Origin: Candidatus Methylacidiphilales bacterium
GTDB taxonomy: Bacteria; Verrucomicrobiota; Verrucomicrobiia; Methylacidiphilales; UBA1321
Direction: 5' to 3'
DNA length: 64,000 nt
Assembly: GCA_041287705.1 (NCBI GenBank)
Contig: JBGGNE010000021.1
Location: 12,282 to 76,281 of the forward strand
Under the pieces are notes generated by a model. That model was not told the origin of the DNA. It saw nothing but the letters and a program-made list of their open reading frames with translations, and did no database searches. Shown here piece after piece: positions 37,884-47,654 of the stretch (the first letter of the stretch is position 1; every line of letters starts with the position of its first letter). Both the position numbers and the translations under genes were made by a program.

Positions 37884-38567
37884 ATGATGGATCGCGACGG
37901 GAACGATCCCATTGAGCTGGAGCAGGATCTGCAAAATCTCGAGATCATCAACCGGTGGTTCGGCGGGCGTCCGGCGGTGATCAGCATGCTACGACAGTTT
38001 GTGGAAGCCCTTCACCTGCGGGAAGTCACCGTCATCGACCTGTGTACAGGCTATGGCGATCACCCGCGGGCGATGACGGAATGGGCGTCGCAACAAAGCC
38101 CGCCCATTCCCATCCGCATTATGGCCGTTGATAAGCAATGGGATACACTCGTTTCCGCCCGCAGGGCCACGCCTGCGGACAGGCCCATCTTCTTTGTGCA
38201 GGCCGACGCCCGACACCTGCCCTTCCGCGATGCGGCGGCCGATATCAGTCTGTGCTCACTGGCGCTTCACCACTTCTCCGAGGATGACGCAGCGCTGATT
38301 CTTACCGAAGCACGGCGGGTAGCAGCCCGTGGAGTGGGCTGTATGGACCTGATGCGCGGCCGACTCGCTTATGCGGCCGTATGGCTTCTGACAGCGATGA
38401 TTCTTCGCGCCCGCATGACCAGGCACGATGCACGCGTCTCCGTACTGCGTGCATTTAGTAAGGACGAATTTCAGGATATTGCAAATCGTGCGGGCTGGCA
38501 GAAGGTCTGGTATAACAAACTGCCCTGGTTTCGGCAGTCAATGCTCTACCTGAAAGACGAGGCATAG
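37884..38567 (+). CDS. Class I SAM-dependent methyltransferase
   Basis: VIDLCTGYGDH (motif I), FVQADARHLPF and DISLCSLALHHF. The start is ATG 37884 (MMDRDGNDP...) or GTG 37851. Confidence 0.7.
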   Translation: MMDRDGNDPIELEQDLQNLEIINRWFGGRPAVISMLRQFVEALHLREVTVIDLCTGYGDHPRAMTEWASQQSPPIPIRIMAVDKQWDTLVSARRATPADRPIFFVQADARHLPFRDAAADISLCSLALHHFSEDDAALILTEARRVAARGVGCMDLMRGRLAYAAVWLLTAMILRARMTRHDARVSVLRAFSKDEFQDIANRAGWQKVWYNKLPWFRQSMLYLKDEA

Positions 38568-38729
38568 CTCTGATTCGGCTTGGGCATTGGCATTCTCACG
38601 ATAGGATGGCACGTGCCATGCTTTTCCGCGAAACACCTCAGACCAATTCGCATGGTTATTTACACATTGGTGTGTTGATCTGCCCCATTTTTGCTCTTTA
38701 TTCAAGCGGTACATAGCCGATTCCATTTT

Positions 38730-39533
38730 ATGCACCCAGCACTTCAGAATCCCACCGCCGACACAGCAGCGGTCACGGACTCTCTTCCCGCCGTTGTAGT
38801 TGCCACCGATTCCGCTACAACTTCCCCAGTTCCCGCTGATGCCGGTAAGGAGAATCTGCTTCACAAGGCAGTACTAAAAGGCTTGGCCGCTGCATGGGAA
38901 AACCGTCTCCCTGGAACAGTTCTCCCGCTGGCAATGGCAGCGCTGGTGTGCAGCTATTACATCTGGCCGGAGAGCGGCTTTCTGCTGGAGATTCTGTCCA
39001 AGTGGAAGCAGGCAGGCGGTCTGTTCTTCGCATTTTTTGCGACCGGCTTTGCGGGCGGGGTCTTGTCGCAGGCCGTTAAAGTAGCTTTTACGCAAGGCTT
39101 TAAGTGGAAGCGGCACAATTCGATCGATGCGCTGTTCACCTTCCTGCTCTTCGGTTTTAACGGCATCATCGTGTTCTACTTCTACCGCTGGCAGGCCGAT
39201 TTTTTTGGTCACGAGGCCCACTGGCATATTGTCGCCAGGAAGGTGATGTTCGACCAGTTTGTCTTCAGCGTCCTCTGGTCCACGCCCATGCAAAGCACGC
39301 TTTTTGCCTGGAAGGAGTGCGGATTCAAGTGGCAGCGACTGCGCCCTCAACTGACGAGTGCGTTTGTCGCCAATAATATGGTGCCTATGGTCATCGCGAA
39401 CTGGTTTTTCTGGATTCCGATGGTTTCCCTGGTGTACTCCCTGCCGACTCCGCTGCAGTTCCCGCTTTTCTTAATTGCTAATGCTTTGTGGTCGTTAATT
39501 TTAGCTACAGTGGCCAGAACTGAGCCTGCGTGA
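38730..39533 (+). CDS. Hypothetical polytopic membrane protein
   Basis: Six or so hydrophobic segments, for example LPLAMAALVCSYYIW, LFFAFFATGFAGGVL and FTFLLFGFNGIIVFYFY. The family was not recognised. The start is ATG 38730. Confidence 0.5.
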   Translation: MHPALQNPTADTAAVTDSLPAVVVATDSATTSPVPADAGKENLLHKAVLKGLAAAWENRLPGTVLPLAMAALVCSYYIWPESGFLLEILSKWKQAGGLFFAFFATGFAGGVLSQAVKVAFTQGFKWKRHNSIDALFTFLLFGFNGIIVFYFYRWQADFFGHEAHWHIVARKVMFDQFVFSVLWSTPMQSTLFAWKECGFKWQRLRPQLTSAFVANNMVPMVIANWFFWIPMVSLVYSLPTPLQFPLFLIANALWSLILATVARTEPA

Positions 39534-39609
39534 CCGCGCAGGTCAGAATTCTTGCTTTCCTTACGGCGAGGGATGTCTTAGAGTCTACGATTCTGTTTTT
39601 CCCTTCCCG

Positions 39610-40425
39610 ATGAAACTGGCTTTTTCGAAAATGAGCGGTGCGGGCAACGATTTCGTTGTCATCGACAACCGTGACGCGGCTCTGAATCTTAGCAATGATC
39701 AGATCGCCAAACTGTGCGACCGGCACTTTGGCATAGGCGCGGACGGCCTTCTGGCCGTGGAACTTACGCCCGATGCGGATTTTCGCATGCGCTATTATAA
39801 CGCCGATGGCGGCGAGGCGGAAATGTGCGGCAACGGAGCTCGCTGCTTCGCCCGCTTCGTGGAACCGTTGCGCTCGCATAACGGCAATCTCGTAACATTC
39901 ACCACGCCCGCCGGACTCATCCGCGGCGAGTATGTGGGCAGCGATGTTGCGGTGAATCTGACCTCGCCAACCGGCCTGGCAATCGGTCAGAAGTTGACGC
40001 TGCCTACAGCCGGCGAACCGGAACTGCTGGTGCACAGTCTCAACACCGGCGTGCCACATGCCGTCGTGTTTGTGGAAGACGTGGAAAAAACGCCAATAGT
40101 GGAGTGGGGCCGCGCCCTGCGTCGTCATACCGCCTTTGCTCCCAGGGGCACGAATGCCAATTTCGCCCAGATTCTGGACGGCTCGACCATTCGCGTTCGC
40201 ACTTATGAGCGTGGCGTGGAAGACGAAACGCTGGCTTGCGGCACAGGCGTAACTGCGGCGGCCATTCTGGCGCATGTGGTCCATGGTGTCAGCCTGCCGG
40301 TGCGAGTGAAGGTACAGGGCGGCGATTTCCTGGCGGTCCGCTTTAAATCGGATGCAGATAAATTCAGCGATGTAACGCTGCAAGGTCCTGCAACCGTCGT
40401 GTTTAAAGGCGAAATCGAAATCTAG
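39610..40425 (+). CDS. dapF: Diaminopimelate epimerase
   Basis: MKLAFSKMSGAGNDFVVIDNR, MCGNGARCFARF and ETLACGTGVTAAA include both catalytic Cys motifs. Confidence 0.95.
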   Translation: MKLAFSKMSGAGNDFVVIDNRDAALNLSNDQIAKLCDRHFGIGADGLLAVELTPDADFRMRYYNADGGEAEMCGNGARCFARFVEPLRSHNGNLVTFTTPAGLIRGEYVGSDVAVNLTSPTGLAIGQKLTLPTAGEPELLVHSLNTGVPHAVVFVEDVEKTPIVEWGRALRRHTAFAPRGTNANFAQILDGSTIRVRTYERGVEDETLACGTGVTAAAILAHVVHGVSLPVRVKVQGGDFLAVRFKSDADKFSDVTLQGPATVVFKGEIEI

Positions 40426-40573
40426 TTGCAGTTACGGGGCCGTTTTAGTCTGGCTTTAGCTGTTACATTCCAGGCTAAATCCTCCCGGCCCCGGCCGTAT
40501 CGCCCACGACTGACCGTTTTCCCGGTTTCTTCATTTCCCTTCCCCTTTCCTTCCCCCACCTACGCGCCTTCCT

Positions 40574-41491
40574 ATGACAGCTTCCGATTCCTCAACGCCT
40601 GCCACTACGGCAAGCCCTCTATTTTACGGCACTTATACCGCACTCGTTACGCCATTCCGTAACGACGAGGTGGATGAAAAAGCGCTTCTCGATCTCATTG
40701 AACGCCAGATCGCGGGCGGCGTAGAGGGGGTAATACCGGTTGGCACAACGGGGGAATCGCCGACTCTTTCCCAGGAGGAACATCTTCGCGTCATCGATTT
40801 GACGATCAAGGCCGCGAAGGGCCGCGTTAAGGTCATTGCAGGTACGGGCTCCAACTCTACTCGCGAAGCGATTGAGTACACCCAGGAAGCCGAAGCTATG
40901 GGCGCTGACGGCACGCTGCTGGTGGCTCCCTATTATAATAAGCCGAGCCAGGCCGGCCTGATTGCACACTTTGGCGCAATCGCCGAAGCAACCAGACTCC
41001 CGATTATCCTGTACAGCATCCCCGGTCGTTGTGGCATCGAGATCGGAGTTGATACGACTGCCACTCTGGCAGCGAATCACAGCACTATTGTCGGCATTAA
41101 AGAGGCGGGCGGCACAGTAGACCGCGTCAGCCAGCTTCGGCAGGCTCTGCCGGAATCCTTTCTGATCTTCTCCGGTGATGATTCATTAACTCTGCCGTTC
41201 ATGTCGGTGGGTGCCGTGGGCGTCATCAGCGTCGCATCGAATCTGGCACCCGCGGAAGTATCCGCGCTGGTAAATGCCGCGCGGAGCGGCAATTTCGCGG
41301 AGGCAGAGCGTCTGCATCGCCGTCTCTATCCCCTGTTCCGCGATCTCTTTATCGAGCCTAATCCCGTGCCGGTAAAGACCGCTATGGCGCGCCGCGACTG
41401 GATGACCGATGACGTTCGCCTGCCCCTGGTAGGCATGCAGCCAAAGAACCGCGAACGTCTCGAAATCGTGCTGTCGGCGTTGGATCTCTAA
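40574..41491 (+). CDS. dapA: 4-hydroxy-tetrahydrodipicolinate synthase
   Basis: YTALVTPFRNDEVDEKAL, PVGTTGESPTLS, YYNKP and IVGIKEAGG (the Schiff-base Lys region). Confidence 0.95.
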   Translation: MTASDSSTPATTASPLFYGTYTALVTPFRNDEVDEKALLDLIERQIAGGVEGVIPVGTTGESPTLSQEEHLRVIDLTIKAAKGRVKVIAGTGSNSTREAIEYTQEAEAMGADGTLLVAPYYNKPSQAGLIAHFGAIAEATRLPIILYSIPGRCGIEIGVDTTATLAANHSTIVGIKEAGGTVDRVSQLRQALPESFLIFSGDDSLTLPFMSVGAVGVISVASNLAPAEVSALVNAARSGNFAEAERLHRRLYPLFRDLFIEPNPVPVKTAMARRDWMTDDVRLPLVGMQPKNRERLEIVLSALDL

Positions 41492-41557
41492 GCCAGAGTT
41501 AAAGCGACACGCTTCACCCTTTCCCAGGACTCAACTCTCCACACCTTCTCTCTTCCC

Positions 41558-42295
41558 ATGTTACGCACCATTATTGTCGGATCCAAAGGCCGTATGGGTC
41601 AGGCTCTCATCCGCCTTATCGAAGCGGATCCTGAAACCCAACTGGCGGGCGGCATTGATGCCGGTGACGACATCGATTCTATTCTGCCCGAGGCAGACGC
41701 CATTATCGAGTTCAGCCATCACTCGGTAACCGTGCCACTGCTCGAGAAGGCGAAGAAGTTCAAGGTGCCCGTTGTCATTGGAACGACAGGACATTCCGCA
41801 GAAGAAAAAGCTGCGATTCAGGCCGCCGGCCTTGACCTGCCAATCGTTTTTGCGCCCAACTATTCCGTGGGGGTCAACGTGTTGTTCCACATCGTCAAGA
41901 AGACCGCGCAAATCCTCGGGCCGCATTTCGACCAGGAGATTTTTGAGATGCATCACCGTCTGAAAGTGGACGCTCCCAGCGGCACCGCACGCCGCCTGGG
42001 CGAAATTCTGGCCGAAGTAAAGGGCCGCGACTACGACGACGTGATTGTCAACGGCCGAGTGGGTGAGCCCGGCAAGCGTACAAAGCACGAAGTAGGCATG
42101 CATGCCTTCCGCGGCGGCGACGTTGTTGGCGATCACACGGTTTTCTTCGCAGCTATGGGGGAGCGCCTTGAACTGACGCACCGCGCCTCCAGCCGCGACA
42201 CATTTGCCGGCGGAGCTATCCGCGCTGCAAAGTGGCTGAAGAACCAGGGTGACGGCGTTTTCACGATGCAGGATGTTCTTGGTCTGAACGACTAG
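41558..42295 (+). CDS. dapB: 4-hydroxy-tetrahydrodipicolinate reductase
   Basis: VGSKGRMG, VIGTTG, APNYSVGVN and EMHHRLKVDAPSGTA. Confidence 0.95.
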   Translation: MLRTIIVGSKGRMGQALIRLIEADPETQLAGGIDAGDDIDSILPEADAIIEFSHHSVTVPLLEKAKKFKVPVVIGTTGHSAEEKAAIQAAGLDLPIVFAPNYSVGVNVLFHIVKKTAQILGPHFDQEIFEMHHRLKVDAPSGTARRLGEILAEVKGRDYDDVIVNGRVGEPGKRTKHEVGMHAFRGGDVVGDHTVFFAAMGERLELTHRASSRDTFAGGAIRAAKWLKNQGDGVFTMQDVLGLND

Positions 42296-42784
42296 GCGCC
42301 GGGATCTTTGTACCCATTCTGAGGGAGACACTGGAGTTCGATCCCGGATTGCGGTGTCTTCAACGTTTCGATCTTCCAGGGGTGTACCTCTTTGGGGGAC
42401 AAAAGTTAAGCCCGATCATTAGTCAATAGTTCATATGTAACGGGCAAATGATTTTTCAGAAACTATAGATTTGCATGGCATTGGCGGCCATTTTCTGGCA
42501 CAAATAGGGCGTAAGGGTTAACTTTAAAGTTATTACTATAAGCGGGACACGAGAATCGCTTTGGGCTATGCCGCAGCACTTGAAGGCCCACTCTAAGGTG
42601 TTGAGGTATAGGTCCTTAGACGGGTCAATATTGCGCGGAAAGGTAAAGCCGATTCCGACTATTTAATCATAACACCAGCATCTATTCCAGGTTGTAAACA
42701 TTTGCGATAGATGCTAATTACTTTAGCTTCTACACAAAAGCCACCTTAGCGCCCGGCATTATCTGCCGATAGACAACACTACTT

Positions 42785-45700
42785 ATGGCGATGGCTCCCC
42801 TGCCCCCAGATGAGTCGCAGAGACTGGCTTCCCTGCGCTCGCTCATCGAATACGGCGTTACCAGCGAGGAGCGGCTGGGACGTATCACGCGGTTGGCCAA
42901 ACGACTCTTTAAAGTTCCGGCCGGCGCCATCACCCTCGTAGAGCGGGAGCAGCAACGTTTCTACGGTGCCTTTGGCAGTGAGCTTATTCATGGTGAAAGA
43001 GAAAACAGCTTCAACAGCTACGCCATCCTTCAGGACGCGCCCCTCATCGTCCCCGATGCTCTTCAGGATTCCCGGTTCTGCGATATTCCGCAGGTTGTAA
43101 AAGGCGGAGTCCGCTCTTATGCCGGTTGCGCCCTGCATACGCCAGATGGAAGCCGCGTAGGCGCCCTGTTTGTGTTGGATGTTGAGCCGCACGCTTTTGC
43201 GGACGATGACGTACGCGAGCTTGTTGATCTGGCCCGCCTGGCGGAAGACGAACTCTGCCTGCGTATGTGGCAGACGGCCTGGGATGAGCGCGAGCGTACG
43301 GAAGCCAATTACCTTCTCAGCCAGCGCCGATTTCAGGATGTCGCGGACGCCATGGGCGAGTACATCTGGGAAATCGACAGTCAGGCCAGATACACATATC
43401 TAAGCGATCGTTTCTGCGACATGCTGGGCTACACGCGCGAGGAAGCGCTGGGCCGTGCCATGTTCGATTTTATGATCGCGGGCGATGCGGAGGCCGTGCG
43501 GTACTGGTTCTTCGAGCAGGTGGCCGCCCATCGGCACCCATTCCGCAGCCTGGAATTCCGCAGTGTCAGCAAGCAGGGCTATCTTATCTGGCAGTCGGTC
43601 AGCGGCGTGCCTGTTGTCGATAATTCCGGGGAACTGACCGGCTACCGTGGCGCCGGTCTGGATGTAACGGATCGCAAGCGCTCCGAGGAGCGGACCCGGC
43701 TGCTGGAGCAGGCCGTCAATGACGCGATGGAAAGTGTGCTGATCACCGACACAACGCTCAATCATCCGGGCCCAACGATCATTTATGCCAATCGCGCGGC
43801 TGAGCGCATGACCGGCTATCTTCGCGACGAACTCGTTGGCAAAAGCCCTCGCCTTCTGCAGGGACCCAAAACCAACAAGGACATGCTGCGCCATTTGCGT
43901 ATGGCGCTGGACCAGGGCCGCGGTTTTCAGGCGGAAAGCGTCAATTACCGCAAGGATGGCTCCGAGTATGTCGTGGAGCTTCATATCTCCCCGATCCGCG
44001 ATTCGCATGGCGTTATTACGCACTGGCTTTCCGTGCAGCGCGATATCAGCGAACGCCAACAGGCCGAGCAGGCGCTGCGCGACGCCGAAGAGTCGTACCG
44101 CACGATCTACGAGAACGTAAAGGAAGGTATCTTCCAGACCACGGTGGACGGCCGCTTTTGCAGCGCCAACCCCGCGCTCGCCCATATCTACGGCTACGAA
44201 TCTCCCGAAGATTTACTCGAGTGCGTCGAAGACGTTTCGACCCAGCTATATTGCGAGCCAAGCCGGCGGGAGGAAATCTGTATCTTCATTGACCGCGAAG
44301 GCGAAGTGCACGGACTGGAGTCCCGTGTGTATCGAAAGGACGGCTCGTCGATCTGGATTTCAGAGACATCGCGCGCGGTCCGCGATGAAGACGGGCAGCT
44401 TCTTTATTACGAAGGAACTGTTCAGGACATCACCGACCGCAAGAAGGCGGACGATGAACTGCGACGCGCGAAGGAAGCCGCCGAAACGGCAAATCAGGCG
44501 AAATCGGAATTTCTGGCGAACATGAGCCACGAAATCCGCACGCCCATGAACGCAATTGTGGGTCTTACGGGTCTCCTTCTCGATACAGAGCTGACATCCG
44601 AGCAGCGCGAATACGTGGAAACCGTACGTCAGAGCGGCGACGCGCTTCTTACGATCATCAACGACATTCTGGACTTCTCCAAGATCGAGAGCGGCAAGCT
44701 GGAAATTGAGCACGCGCCGTTCAACCTCCGTCTCATGCTGGAGGAAGCCGTGGACTACGTCAGCTCTCGCGCCAGCGAAAAGAAGCTGGATCTGGCAAGC
44801 CTGGTGGATCCCGGAGTGCCCCAGCAGTTTCTGGGTGATGTTACCCGTTTACGCCAGATCATTGCGAATCTGCTCAGCAACGCGGTGAAGTTCACCGAAA
44901 AGGGCGAAGTTTCCGTCACTGTTACCACCTCACGCCACGACGAGGGCGGCTGGTACTCGGTCACATTTGCCGTGCGCGATTCCGGCGTGGGCATTCCGCA
45001 GAACAAGATGGACCGGCTTTTCCGCTCGTTCAGCCAGGTGGATGCCTCCACCACACGCAAATACGGCGGCAGCGGACTGGGCCTCGCCATCAGCAAGAAG
45101 CTGAGCGAACTGATGGGCGGGGAAATTCATGTGGAAAGCAAAGTGGGCATTGGCTCCGTCTTTACCATCACCGTTCCGCTGGAAGGCGGCAGTGTGCAGA
45201 ACAGCCAGTTGCCCCTGCCCGCAGTGCGCCCCAACCTGAACGGCAAGACACTACTGGTAGTCGACGATAATGCCAGCGTGCGCCAGATGATCTCCAATCT
45301 GGGCGAAATGTGGAATATGAATGTGGTGCAATCGACCGACAGCCGCCATGCCCTGCAACTGGTGCAGCGCGGCCTGACGTTTGATGTAGCGCTTATTGAA
45401 CTCGAACTGCCCACCATTGACGGTGTGCGTCTTGGCCAGGAAATCGCCCGGCATCGCGGTCCGGAAACGCCGCCTCTCATTCTGCTGACCAGCATTTCCA
45501 ATCAGGCCGAACTTGTGAAGCGCATGCCACAGGGCTTCATCGCCAGCGTGGCGAAGCCAGTGCATATGGAGCAGCTACAGGAGATGCTGGATCAAAGCGT
45601 CACAGGACGCCGCGTCACCAAGAAATCATTGCGCTCTACCGGCAAAATCGATCCGCTGTTCGGCAAACGCCGCCCGATGAAGATACTGCTGGCCGAAGAT

Positions 45701-46417
45701 AATCCGGTCAACCAGAAGGTGGCGATGCGTATTCTCTCGCAAATGAGTTATCGCCCGGACGTTGCCCAGAATGGTCTGGAAGCACTTCAGGCGGTTGAGC
45801 GTCAAAACTATGACGTGATTCTCATGGACGTGCAGATGCCGGAAATGGACGGCCTGGAATCAACGCGCCAGATCCGCAAGCTGAAGAATAAGAAACAGCC
45901 CTACATCATCGCCATGACGGCCAACGCCATGCCCGGCGACAGCGACCGCTGTCTGGCCGCCGGCATGGACGCCTACATGAGTAAGCCGGTGCGCGTGGAG
46001 CAGCTTCAGACAGAACTGGCCAAATGCAGCGACAGTATGAAGCAGGTCGTCGATCTTTCCGCACTGGAACACTTTAGCCATCTTGGCGGCGAAAGTGATG
46101 AGGAAGGCCTGCTGGAAATCATCAACCTCTTCCTTGTCGACAGCCCCCGCACTGTCCACGCGCTGAATACCTCCCTGCAAAAGGAGGATGCAAACGCGAT
46201 CTACTATCACGCCCACACGTTAAAGGGCAGCTGCAGCAACTTCGGCGCAAAGCAGATGCAGATGGTCTGCACCAATATCGAAGAATTCGCCCGAAAACAG
46301 GATTTCAGCAGCGTCAGTGACTTACTCGAAGCCCTTCAGGCAGAGTTTGTCGAAGTGAAGAAAGCGCTGGAGTTGAAGCGGATGGATATCAAGAGCCGGC
46401 TGGCTTCCAGTCGGTAA
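42785..46417 (+). CDS. Hybrid sensor histidine kinase: GAF - three PAS - HisKA - HATPase - two REC - HPt
   Basis: The H-box is FLANMSHEIRTPMNAIVG. The ATPase is NLLSNAVKFT, RDSGVGIP and GGSGLGLAI. REC1 is LLVVDDNASV...ALIELELPTIDG. REC2 is ILLAEDNPVNQ...VILMDVQMPEMDG...MSKP. The C-terminal HPt is YYHAHTLKGSCSNFGA. PAS/GAF segments lie N-terminal to these. Confidence 0.9.
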   Translation: MAMAPLPPDESQRLASLRSLIEYGVTSEERLGRITRLAKRLFKVPAGAITLVEREQQRFYGAFGSELIHGERENSFNSYAILQDAPLIVPDALQDSRFCDIPQVVKGGVRSYAGCALHTPDGSRVGALFVLDVEPHAFADDDVRELVDLARLAEDELCLRMWQTAWDERERTEANYLLSQRRFQDVADAMGEYIWEIDSQARYTYLSDRFCDMLGYTREEALGRAMFDFMIAGDAEAVRYWFFEQVAAHRHPFRSLEFRSVSKQGYLIWQSVSGVPVVDNSGELTGYRGAGLDVTDRKRSEERTRLLEQAVNDAMESVLITDTTLNHPGPTIIYANRAAERMTGYLRDELVGKSPRLLQGPKTNKDMLRHLRMALDQGRGFQAESVNYRKDGSEYVVELHISPIRDSHGVITHWLSVQRDISERQQAEQALRDAEESYRTIYENVKEGIFQTTVDGRFCSANPALAHIYGYESPEDLLECVEDVSTQLYCEPSRREEICIFIDREGEVHGLESRVYRKDGSSIWISETSRAVRDEDGQLLYYEGTVQDITDRKKADDELRRAKEAAETANQAKSEFLANMSHEIRTPMNAIVGLTGLLLDTELTSEQREYVETVRQSGDALLTIINDILDFSKIESGKLEIEHAPFNLRLMLEEAVDYVSSRASEKKLDLASLVDPGVPQQFLGDVTRLRQIIANLLSNAVKFTEKGEVSVTVTTSRHDEGGWYSVTFAVRDSGVGIPQNKMDRLFRSFSQVDASTTRKYGGSGLGLAISKKLSELMGGEIHVESKVGIGSVFTITVPLEGGSVQNSQLPLPAVRPNLNGKTLLVVDDNASVRQMISNLGEMWNMNVVQSTDSRHALQLVQRGLTFDVALIELELPTIDGVRLGQEIARHRGPETPPLILLTSISNQAELVKRMPQGFIASVAKPVHMEQLQEMLDQSVTGRRVTKKSLRSTGKIDPLFGKRRPMKILLAEDNPVNQKVAMRILSQMSYRPDVAQNGLEALQAVERQNYDVILMDVQMPEMDGLESTRQIRKLKNKKQPYIIAMTANAMPGDSDRCLAAGMDAYMSKPVRVEQLQTELAKCSDSMKQVVDLSALEHFSHLGGESDEEGLLEIINLFLVDSPRTVHALNTSLQKEDANAIYYHAHTLKGSCSNFGAKQMQMVCTNIEEFARKQDFSSVSDLLEALQAEFVEVKKALELKRMDIKSRLASSR

Positions 46418-46585
46418 GGAGTCTCCGGAAAATAAACGGTGCAACTTAAGTCGTCGATTTTGAGATGAGAGCAAGGCGGAATGAAGGGAGTGCATTAGAA
46501 TAAGGCGCTGACCGGAATTCCAACGCTGCTCTCGCTCAAAAGCGGAGGCTCAAGTTGCGCAGGTTATTTCTCCGGAGACTCCTAA
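46415..46585. mobile_element. MITE-like palindromic element, copy 2 (165-bp element 46418..46582 flanked by direct TAA/TAA; the left TAA is the kinase stop codon)
   Basis: The termini GGAGTC...GACTCC are the same as in copy 1. The core GATTTTGAGATGAGAGCAAGGCGGAATGAAGGGAGTGCATTAGAATAA...GAATTCCAACG...TCGCTCAAAAGCG is about 90% identical to copy 1. The arms are about 55% identical to copy 1 but still mutually complementary. Confidence 0.7.
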
Positions 46586-46669
46586 GCCGACACCAAAGAC
46601 ATTTCGTGTCCCAGGGACATCTAAAGTCCTCGAAAGACAGAATTCTACACAGAGTGGCCTGACAACGAG

Positions 46670-46715
46670 CAACTCTATCCGTTCAACCGCGGACGCAGTT
46701 GAATGGATAGAGTTG
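46670..46715. terminator. 46-nt hairpin downstream of the NTF2-like gene (possible bidirectional terminator)
   Basis: caactctatcc gttcaac ... gttgaa t ggatagagttg forms 11 + 6 bp stems. There is no clear U-tract. Confidence 0.35.
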
Positions 46716-46773
46716 GAATGGTTTGAGAATAGGCCCTAATTTCGAAGTCAGGCCAGTTCTGAGCTATCGACCT

Positions 46774-47232
46774 TTAGCTCTTAGCCTGGTCGCAGGACTT
46801 CTCTGCATCGGCCCCGGGGCAGTCCATGGGCACGGAGTGATGTTCGTGCGTTACGGTCCAGGCCCCGTCGACTTTCTTGAAGCCCAGTGTAGTGCGGGCG
46901 TCGCAATCCATGGGAGAGCCGTCGGGCATGTTGCCCTTCACGTTCATAATGAGGTGACAGAACGCGACGTCTTCGCCGGCAGTAATGCGGACTTCCCTGG
47001 TGGAGAAAGCCCATGAACCCTGCATCTGCCCCAGGCAATTCAGCCAGTGGGCGCGGTAATCGGCGGCGGATTTGAACTGAAAGGGCTTCGGCACATCGAA
47101 GGCAACCAGGTCTTCAGAGCGGCCGGCCATAATGGCGTCAATGTCTTTGCGTTCAATGGCGGCAAACCACGAGGTCAGCAGTGCCTGGATTTCGGATTCA
47201 TTCTTCGTAGGTGTGGCAGGTGTGGCAGTCAT
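46774..47232 (-). CDS. NTF2-like / SnoaL / DUF4440-type small protein
   Basis: 152 aa. EIQALLTSWFAAIERKDIDAIMAG...AFCHLIMNV...KKVDGAWTVTHEHHS is typical of the ketosteroid-isomerase-like fold. Confidence 0.6.
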   Translation of the reverse strand: MTATPATPTKNESEIQALLTSWFAAIERKDIDAIMAGRSEDLVAFDVPKPFQFKSAADYRAHWLNCLGQMQGSWAFSTREVRITAGEDVAFCHLIMNVKGNMPDGSPMDCDARTTLGFKKVDGAWTVTHEHHSVPMDCPGADAEKSCDQAKS

Positions 47233-47654
47233 GATGCGAATCTGGGTTAGTATTGTGGTTGTAGTAGTCCGGGGAAGAAAATCAGGGAAGAAATACTGCC
47301 CTGTATATAATCATGACGAACGGCGTCGAACCGCCAGGACATCGTCGTGAACATTTTCTCAAAAATGATTCGGCCGACGTTAGATCCGTCAGTGAGCGCC
47401 GAAAAGTCGTGGTTGTTTTCATTGCAATATATCACTGCGACAGTCTTTGCACACGTTACGTTTCTGGGGTAAAGTGCTCTTTTCCGCACATTACTGCGAA
47501 TCGGTCCGAAGCCATTTCTCCTCATTATCAACCAAGAGGGAGAAATGGTCCCCATAGCCACAAAATCTTCTCATCACCTGCTACCTGCGGGTGATTCTGC
47601 GTCTTATCCGGGTCAACCCATTTCGGAGTCAGTGTAAGTTAAGATTTCCCCATT

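Noticed and set aside
42325-42360. tRNA-like fragment (GGAGTTCGATCCCGG) as a remnant att site of an integrated island
   Set aside because: The stem-loop does not give a canonical 5-bp T-stem with a 7-nt loop followed by an acceptor and CCA. No integrase or direct repeat partner is present in the window. A dapB terminator hairpin is the simpler reading.
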